DNA from: Myxococcota bacterium
GTDB lineage: Bacteria > Myxococcota_A > UBA9160 > UBA6930
Direction: 5' to 3'
Assembly: GCA_965223415.1 (NCBI GenBank)
Contig: OZ245002.1
Location: 928,001-992,000 of the forward strand
Length of the DNA: 64,000 nt
Under the pieces are notes generated by a model. It was not told the origin of the DNA, ran no database searches, and saw only the letters and a list, made by a program, of their open reading frames with translations. Positions within the stretch are counted from its first letter, which is position 1; each line of letters starts with the position of its first letter. Positions 57,835-64,000 of this stretch are shown here, one piece after another. Made by a program: the position numbers and the translations under genes.

Positions 57835-58920
57835 TTGACCGAAACGAACCCCGGGCCCGAGGAGGCCCGTCCGCCCGCCGACATCCTCTATCTCGGAATC
57901 GACTTCGGAACCTCGCGAACGTCGATTGCGGCCAGCAACGGCGTCCGGGACACGGTGCTCTCCTACGTCGGCTACCCGAAGGACCACGTGGCCCGAAAGC
58001 TGCTCCAGAAGGACGCGCTCTTCGGGGAGGAGGCCCTGGAGAAGCAGCTGGCCCTCGACTTCTACCGGCCCCTCGCAGGAGGGCAGATCAAGCACTCCGA
58101 GGACGGCGAGCCAATGGACCCGAAGGTCTTCGAGGCCAACACCCGGGCGGCGGGCGAGCTGCTCCGGCACGCCATCAGCCTCGCGGGGGCGGAGGAGGGC
58201 GCAGTGGTCTACGGCGTGCTCGGATCGCCCGCCCAGGCCAGCATCAAGAACAAGAAGGCCCTGCTGGACGCCTGCGCCGGCGCCCTCGACTCGGTGATGC
58301 TCTGCTCGGAGCCCTTCGCCGTCGCCTACGGCATGGATCGCCTGGACGATGTGCTGGTCATCGACATCGGAGCCGGCACGACGGACCTGTGCCGCATGCA
58401 CGGCACGATGCCCGACGAGGCGGACCAGCTCACGATCCCCTTCGCCGGAGACTGGATCGATCGGCAGCTCGCCGAGCTCTTCGCCCGCAAGTGCGCGGGT
58501 GCCGACTTCACGCTCAACATGGTGAAGCAGGCGAAGGAGAAGTTCGCCTTCGTCACCGAGCCCCAGGCCCGGGCGATCGTCGAGTTTCCGGTGAAGGGGA
58601 AGCCGACCCAGTTCGACGTCACCGACGAGATCCGCGAGGGCTGTGGGCGCATCGTGCCCCACATCGTGAAGGGGCTCCAGGAGCTGATCGCCTCCTTCCA
58701 TCCGGAGTTCCAGGCGCGGCTGCGCCAGAACGTGCTGCTCGCTGGGGGAGGCGGGCAGATCATCGGCCTCGACATCGCCATCGAGAGCTACATGCGGGAG
58801 CACCTGGGAGGCGGAAACGTCACCCGGAGCCAGGAGCCCATGTACGGCGGGGCCCACGGTGCCCTGAAGATCGCCTACGACATGCCGGCCGAGTATTGGG
58901 AGCAGCTGAGCACCGGCTAG
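57835..58920 (+). CDS. MamK-like bacterial actin homologue
   Basis: YLGIDFGTS, VGYPKD, SEPFAVAYG.D.L, IDIGAGTTDLC...GT.P...DQ.T, GKP...DVT, SF.PE.Q...QN...AGGG, GAL..A...P..YW.QL; colinear with Magnetospirillum MamK as I recall it. TTG start after GGGAG. Confidence 0.9.
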   Translation: MTETNPGPEEARPPADILYLGIDFGTSRTSIAASNGVRDTVLSYVGYPKDHVARKLLQKDALFGEEALEKQLALDFYRPLAGGQIKHSEDGEPMDPKVFEANTRAAGELLRHAISLAGAEEGAVVYGVLGSPAQASIKNKKALLDACAGALDSVMLCSEPFAVAYGMDRLDDVLVIDIGAGTTDLCRMHGTMPDEADQLTIPFAGDWIDRQLAELFARKCAGADFTLNMVKQAKEKFAFVTEPQARAIVEFPVKGKPTQFDVTDEIREGCGRIVPHIVKGLQELIASFHPEFQARLRQNVLLAGGGGQIIGLDIAIESYMREHLGGGNVTRSQEPMYGGAHGALKIAYDMPAEYWEQLSTG

Positions 58921-58962
58921 CCTTACACCGCCGGTGCCGTCGAGCCGGGGCGGGGGCCGAGG

Positions 58963-60345
58963 GTGAAGTCGATCGAGGACGTGTTTCCGGCGCGCTCCGG
59001 GGAGGCGGGCGAGTACGTCGCCCGTCCGGCCGTGGAGCGCGCCCGAAGCGAGCTGCTGCAGCTGCTGCGAGGCGGCGAGACCTGCGTCCGGCTCGCCGGG
59101 CCGGCAGGCCTGGGCAAGACCCTCCTGCTCCGCCTCGTCGCCCAGGATCTGGGGCCCGACTGGCGCTGCGTCCACCTGTCGAACCCGCGGATCGACGCGG
59201 ACGAGCTGTGGAGACGCATCGCCCGGCGGCTGGCCTCCCGGGGCGCGGCGCCGCGGGTCGTGGCCCGGGTCGCAGCGCAGGCCTACGAGCGCCAGGGCGC
59301 GCTCCTGGTGATCGTCGACGACGCCCACCACCAGCCCGCGCCGACCCGGCGCGCGCTCGCCAGGGCTTGCGCCCATCACGCCGGGCTGCGCGTGTTGCTC
59401 TGCGAGACCGTTCCGGCCGGGGAATCGGACCAGGCGGGCCCCGGGGAGGTGTGGCTGCGCGAGCCCATGACGGCGGCGGAGGCGCGGGCGTACCTGCACG
59501 AGCGGCTCGATCGGGGGCGCGTCCCGGCGGAGCTGCGCGCGCGCTTCGACGGGCCGACGATCGACCGGCTGCAGCGCGAGGCGAAGGGAAGCGTCGCGAC
59601 CTTCCACGCCCTGGCCGGAGCGGTCCTGCGCGAGGAAGACGCCGCCGAGCGGGCAGCGAGCGAGGCCGTGACGCAGGCTCCGGCCCCCCGGGAGCCCGAG
59701 CCCCTGGTCGTGCTGGTTTCGGCCCCGGAGCCGCCGCCCCGGGAGGAACCCCCGAGGCTCCGCAGCGGGAGGCGTCCGCAGACGGTCCGCGAGGCGATCA
59801 AGGCCACGTCTCCGCGCCGGCGACCGCCGGCAGAGCTCCCGTCCGCTCGTCCTCCGGCGTCGACCCGGCGCCAGCCCGCAGTGCGGACCGCACCTGCGCC
59901 CGTCCCCGCGGACGACGCCCCCCCCCGGCGGGCGCTCCCCCGCGCGCGCTCGGGCTGGCTCGCCGGAAGTCTGGTGGTGGGGCTGCTGCTCGGAGTGGCC
60001 GGCACCCGGCTGATGGCGAGCGACCCCGACCCGGCCTCCCCCGTTCCGGAGCCGCCTCCCGTCGCGAGCGCTCCCCCGCCCGCGGTGCCGCTCGGGCGGA
60101 TCAACGTGAACGCGGTTCCCTGGGCGCGGATCGAGATCGACGGCGAGCCGGCGGGCGAGACGCCGCTCGGCGAGCACGAGCTGCCCCGCGGGCCCCACCG
60201 ACTGGTCGCGCGCTTCCCGGACGGGAGCGTGGTCGAGAGGACGGTGGAGCTCGGCAAGGAGGAGGTCTTCCTGCTGCTCCGCCCCGAGGACACCTCGTCC
60301 CCCGCTACCCCGACGAGCCCACTCGCGGAAGCACCCGCTCCGTGA
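58963..60345 (+). CDS. ExeA/GspA-like AAA ATPase, Pro-rich linker, TM helix and PEGA-like domain
   Basis: Walker A GPAGLGKT, Walker B VIVDDAH, EP.T..E...Y...RL, a TM segment, then INVNAVPWARIEIDG...GETP.......G.H. Confidence 0.8.
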   Translation: MKSIEDVFPARSGEAGEYVARPAVERARSELLQLLRGGETCVRLAGPAGLGKTLLLRLVAQDLGPDWRCVHLSNPRIDADELWRRIARRLASRGAAPRVVARVAAQAYERQGALLVIVDDAHHQPAPTRRALARACAHHAGLRVLLCETVPAGESDQAGPGEVWLREPMTAAEARAYLHERLDRGRVPAELRARFDGPTIDRLQREAKGSVATFHALAGAVLREEDAAERAASEAVTQAPAPREPEPLVVLVSAPEPPPREEPPRLRSGRRPQTVREAIKATSPRRRPPAELPSARPPASTRRQPAVRTAPAPVPADDAPPRRALPRARSGWLAGSLVVGLLLGVAGTRLMASDPDPASPVPEPPPVASAPPPAVPLGRINVNAVPWARIEIDGEPAGETPLGEHELPRGPHRLVARFPDGSVVERTVELGKEEVFLLLRPEDTSSPATPTSPLAEAPAP

Positions 60346-61300
60346 AGAGCTCAAAGGAGCGCTCCGAGAGCGGTGCCAGCATCAGGTAGGAGAGCGACAT
60401 CGTCTCGCGCAGCGCCTCGAGCTGGTCCGCCACCCGCTCGGGGCTTCCGTGCACGACCACGTCGTCCAGGTAGTGGTCGACCGGGTCGATCTCCGCTCCG
60501 TCGCCGCGGAACGCCTGCACCGCCTGCTTCGTGATGTAGGCGCCGCTGGTCCAGGCCGCGCCGCGGCGGGCCACCTCGAGGGCCTCCGCGTCGGTCTCGG
60601 CGACCGCCACGAGGCGCGTCATCGGAATCGGCCGCCCTTCGGCGACGTGGCCCGCGGCCGTCATGCCCTCGGCCCAACGCGCATGCTTGCGGGCGATCTC
60701 CGCGTGGGGTGAGTGGGGGTCCATCAGGATCGAGAAGCCGCGGGAGGCCGCCCAGTCGACCGCTGGATCCGAGGTGGCGGCGACCCAGGTCGGCGGATGC
60801 GGCTGCTGGTGCGGCTTCGGCAGCACCTCGAGGCCCTCGAAGCGGTGGAACTCGCCCTCGAAGTCGAGCTTCTCCTGGGTCCAGGCGGCGATCACCAGCT
60901 CGACCGCCTCCCGGAAGCGGGCCTGACTCTCGTCGATCGGCACACCGAATGCCTGGAACTCCCGGGGCTCGAAGCCGCGGCCAGCGCCCCAGTTGATGCG
61001 TCCGCCGGTCAGCACGTCGAGCAGCGCGATCTCCTCGGCGATGCGCAGGGGCTGGTAGAGAGCCGCCAGGGTCACGGCGGTCCCGATGCGCAGGTTGCGT
61101 GTGGCGCCCGCGACGTGGCTCGCCATCACGTGCACCGAGGGGCAGACGCTGTAGCCGGTGAAGTGGTGCTCCGCGAGCCACACCGCGTCGTAGCCGTTGG
61201 CATCCATCGTCGCGATCCGCTGCATCGCCCGCGCATACACGCTCTCGAGCGGCAGCTCGCGATTCGGCCAGGAGAAGAACTGGAGGACGCCGACACGCAT
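60305..61300 (-). CDS. LLM-class flavin-dependent oxidoreductase
   Basis: WLAEHHF, LRIGTAV, PLRIAEE.A.LD.L..GR...G.GRG and PKP.Q.PHPP. Confidence 0.9.
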   Translation of the reverse strand: MRVGVLQFFSWPNRELPLESVYARAMQRIATMDANGYDAVWLAEHHFTGYSVCPSVHVMASHVAGATRNLRIGTAVTLAALYQPLRIAEEIALLDVLTGGRINWGAGRGFEPREFQAFGVPIDESQARFREAVELVIAAWTQEKLDFEGEFHRFEGLEVLPKPHQQPHPPTWVAATSDPAVDWAASRGFSILMDPHSPHAEIARKHARWAEGMTAAGHVAEGRPIPMTRLVAVAETDAEALEVARRGAAWTSGAYITKQAVQAFRGDGAEIDPVDHYLDDVVVHGSPERVADQLEALRETMSLSYLMLAPLSERSFELFTERVLPRVGSSG

Positions 61301-61340
61301 CACCGGACGGTAGCCCAGGCCCGTTCGAGCTCCGTGGCTG

Positions 61341-62387
61341 CTAGTCCGCGGCCCGCGCCAGCTCCGCGGCTCGCCCCAAGGTGTCGAGCCGCTCCGCGTC
61401 GCCCTGGGCGACCGGGTCGAGGCGCAGCACGCCGACGCCCACCTCCCGATAGCGGGCGATGCGCGCCGCCACCTGGGCCTCGCTGCCGAAGAGCGTGGTC
61501 TGCTCGATCATGGCGTCGGGGACCGCCTTGGCGGCCTCCTCCCGCTTGCCGGCGACCCAGAGCTTCTGCACCTCCACCGCTGCATCCTCGAAGCCGCCGC
61601 GCTTGTAGGCGTCGTTGTAGAAGTTCGTCGTCGGCGAGCCCATCGCGCCCAGGGTGAAGGCCATGGCGGGCTTGGCGCGCTGGATGAAGGGCTCGGGGTC
61701 GTCGGTGAAGGCCACCGCGGCACCGACGCAGAGGGTGAGATCGCCCAGGCTGCGGCCGGCCCGCTCGGCGCCGAGCCGCAAATATGCGAAATGGGCATCC
61801 GCGTGCTCGGGGGTGAAGGAGGTACCGAGCCAGCCGTCCGCCAGCTCGCCGGTCAGCTCGAGGGCCCGGGGCGAGAGGGTGGCGAGCCAGATGGGCAGGT
61901 CCGGGTTCGGCGGCTGGGAGAGGCGCAGGGCCTTGCCCTCCCCGCCGGGCCGGGGCAGCACGTAGTGCTCGCCCTGGATCTGGAGCTTCTCGCCGCGGGC
62001 GGCCATGCGCACGATCTCGATCACCTCCCGCATGCGCGCGAGGGGCTTCACGAAGCGCTCGCCCTGCAGCCCTTCGACGACCTGGGGCCCGGAGTTCCCG
62101 AGGCCCAGGATGAAGCGATCGCCGGTGAGAGCCGCCATGCTGAGGGCCGTCATGGCGGTCATGCTCGGCGCCCGGGCACTCACCTGCATGATGCCGGTGC
62201 CGAGGGTCATGCGCTTCACGTGACCGGCCAGGTAGGCCAGGGTGCTCACCGCATCGAGGCCCCAGGCCTCGGCGCTCCAGGCCTGGTCGATCCCGAGCTT
62301 CTCCGCCTCCACGGCGAAGGCCACCGTGCGCTCGAAGTCCCGCTTGCCCCCAGATCCCGCGCCGCCGACCCCGATCGCCGTCTTCAT
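61341..62387 (-). CDS. LLM-class (F420-type) oxidoreductase
   Basis: WSAEAWG.DA, LGTGIMQ...R.P, RF.LGLG.SGPQVVEG and GELADGW. ATGA coupling to the upstream gene. Confidence 0.88.
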   Translation of the reverse strand: MKTAIGVGGAGSGGKRDFERTVAFAVEAEKLGIDQAWSAEAWGLDAVSTLAYLAGHVKRMTLGTGIMQVSARAPSMTAMTALSMAALTGDRFILGLGNSGPQVVEGLQGERFVKPLARMREVIEIVRMAARGEKLQIQGEHYVLPRPGGEGKALRLSQPPNPDLPIWLATLSPRALELTGELADGWLGTSFTPEHADAHFAYLRLGAERAGRSLGDLTLCVGAAVAFTDDPEPFIQRAKPAMAFTLGAMGSPTTNFYNDAYKRGGFEDAAVEVQKLWVAGKREEAAKAVPDAMIEQTTLFGSEAQVAARIARYREVGVGVLRLDPVAQGDAERLDTLGRAAELARAAD

Positions 62388-64000
62388 GCCGCCTCCACTC
62401 GCTCGACGCGACACAGCGTGTACTTGTGATGGGGGCAGCCGGTGATGGGATCGCGATCCGCCGCGTCGGAGAGATCGTTCACGTTCGCGCCCTGCACCTC
62501 GAGCGCGCCGTCGGGCCCGCTCGGATAGGCCATGCCGAAGCCGTTCGGAATCCAGACGTGGCCTTGCTGCACCTTGGCGTCGACGGCGGCGGGCAGCTCG
62601 ACGGTGCCGCGGCGGGTCGCGACGCGTACCCGCTCTCCCTCGCCGATCCCGAGCTGCTCCGCGTCGGCCGGCGACAGGTGCAGCGAGCAGTGGGGACCGC
62701 GGCCCTTCCGCCACTTCGGATCGCGCTGGATCGTGTTGGCGTTCCACTGGGTGCGCAGGCCGCTGGCCAGGACCAGGGGATAGTCCGGATCGGTGGCGAG
62801 AGGCGTCGCGATGGCACGGGCGATCTCGGGCAGCATCTCCTCCGGCGCGAGGCGGACCTTCTTGTCCTCCCAGCCGACGTGGTCGTCGTAGGCCTCTTCC
62901 GCCGGCGCGGCCCGGGCGATCTCGACGCCTTCGGGATGGGCCAGGATGCGGCGGAAAAGCTCCATCGCCAGCTCGAAGGGCCCCGCCCCCTTCCAATCGT
63001 CGCCGAGGGTGCGGAGCACCGACTCGCGGCGACCGAAGGCGTTCTGCAGAGCGGTCACCCAGAGCCCGATCACCGCCGGCGCCGGCAGCTCCTCGCCCAG
63101 GGTGCGGTAGCCCCAGAAGAGGAGCTCGGTGCGGTTCGACGCCAGCTCCTGCACCTTGGCGAAGAGCGCTGCGGCGCCTTCGGGCGTGGTCCCCTGCTTC
63201 GCCAGCGCGTGGAGCTCGGAGGGAGCCTCCCCGACGAGGCCCATCGCCTCGGCCAGCCGCACGTAGATCTCCGGCTCCGGCAGCGCCTCCTCGGGGCCCG
63301 GAATGATCGGCGGTCGCAGCTGGACGTAGACCTCCGGGTAGCCGCGCGGGAAGCCGCAGTTCTCCCACTTCTCGTAGCCGCAGGGCGTCGGCAGCACGTA
63401 GTCGGCAAGCTCCGCGGTCTCGGTCATGGCGGGATCGATCACCACCAGCAGGTCGAGCTGCTCGCGCGCCTCCCGGAACGCACGCGCGTCGGAGTAGGAG
63501 AGGATCGGGTTCGCACCCTCGACGATGAGCGCGCGGATGCGCTCCGGGTGGTCGACCGTGATCTCCTCGGAGAGCAGGGTGGGCGAGAACATCGGGAAAC
63601 CCCCGATCGCCGAGATGCCACGGATGCCCGCGGCGCGGGTGCGGGGCGGCGCGTCCCAACGCTTCGGGCTCCACTCCGGCGGCGACTGGGTCTCGACGAA
63701 GAGGTTGCCGCCGGGCTGCACGGCGTTGCCCGTGAGGGTCGACACGACGCGGATCAGGTACGAGATCAGGGTCGAGAACGGGAGCTGCTCGACGGCCAGG
63801 TCCCACATGATCGCGGCGGATTCCGCGTGGGCGAGCTCGCCCGCCAGGCGCCGCAGCTCGTCGCCGGTGATCCCGCAGCGGCTCGCCATCTCGTCGACGT
63901 CCACCTCGGAAAGTGCCGTCTGGAGGACCCCAAAGTCCGTGGTCCGGCTCTCGACGAAGGCCGCGTCGGCCAGGCCCTCGCTCGTGGCCAGGGCCGCGGC
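62384..64000 (-). CDS. Molybdopterin-dependent oxidoreductase, C-terminal part (starts beyond the window)
   Basis: GANP, LLVVID...TETA..ADYVLP....EK and a molydop-binding domain (L.P.DA..LGI..G..V.V....G). Confidence 0.88.
   Translation of the reverse strand, partial: AAALATSEGLADAAFVESRTTDFGVLQTALSEVDVDEMASRCGITGDELRRLAGELAHAESAAIMWDLAVEQLPFSTLISYLIRVVSTLTGNAVQPGGNLFVETQSPPEWSPKRWDAPPRTRAAGIRGISAIGGFPMFSPTLLSEEITVDHPERIRALIVEGANPILSYSDARAFREAREQLDLLVVIDPAMTETAELADYVLPTPCGYEKWENCGFPRGYPEVYVQLRPPIIPGPEEALPEPEIYVRLAEAMGLVGEAPSELHALAKQGTTPEGAAALFAKVQELASNRTELLFWGYRTLGEELPAPAVIGLWVTALQNAFGRRESVLRTLGDDWKGAGPFELAMELFRRILAHPEGVEIARAAPAEEAYDDHVGWEDKKVRLAPEEMLPEIARAIATPLATDPDYPLVLASGLRTQWNANTIQRDPKWRKGRGPHCSLHLSPADAEQLGIGEGERVRVATRRGTVELPAAVDAKVQQGHVWIPNGFGMAYPSGPDGALEVQGANVNDLSDAADRDPITGCPHHKYTLCRVERVEAA

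Noticed and set aside
57835..58920. Calling the actin mreB or bona fide mamK
   Set aside because: The motifs are MamK-like and mreCD are absent, but without magnetosome context the symbol mamK is not justified.
220..63806. Many long alternative-frame or antisense ORFs (e.g. 220-1848 +, 7544-10240 +, 34561-37890 +, 56848-60354 -)
   Set aside because: They are Arg/Gly/Pro-rich shadow frames expected at this GC content, and each overlaps a gene with clear family motifs.
1..64000. rRNA, tRNA, riboswitch or prophage genes
   Set aside because: None were recognisable by eye. A covariance-model search (Infernal/Rfam, tRNAscan-SE) would be needed to exclude small RNAs in gaps such as 20106-20300, 44270-44445 and 56619-56967.

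Overview
A 64-kb window of a very GC-rich bacterial chromosome with about 55 genes. The PEP-CTERM, HDOD, bactofilin and PEGA genes and the many lipid-catabolic genes suggest a Myxococcota/deltaproteobacterial-type diderm (inference). Most genes are metabolic: acyl-CoA dehydrogenase, enoyl-CoA hydratases, thiolase, P450, LLM oxidoreductases, sulfotransferase, alkyl sulfatase and WS/DGAT. Two adjacent loci near the right end stand out. (1) A eukaryote-type bifunctional 6-phosphofructo-2-kinase/fructose-2,6-bisphosphatase gene sits head-to-head (49 bp) with a PPi-type phosphofructokinase gene, suggesting a bacterial fructose-2,6-bisphosphate control module. (2) A three-gene putative operon encodes a coiled-coil protein, a MamK-like actin and an ExeA-type ATPase/TM/PEGA protein. 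It has a clear sigma70 promoter and upstream direct repeats, and no other magnetosome genes are nearby. Also present: an intact IS630 inserted in a TetR relic, REP-like palindromes with a RAYT-like transposase remnant, several small gene relics, a catalytically degenerate WS/DGAT paired with an intact one, a beta-propeller/cytochrome c protein with an atypical CX6CH motif, and many apparently leaderless promoters. No rRNA, tRNA or CRISPR array was seen. All family calls come from motif recognition by eye, not from database searches.
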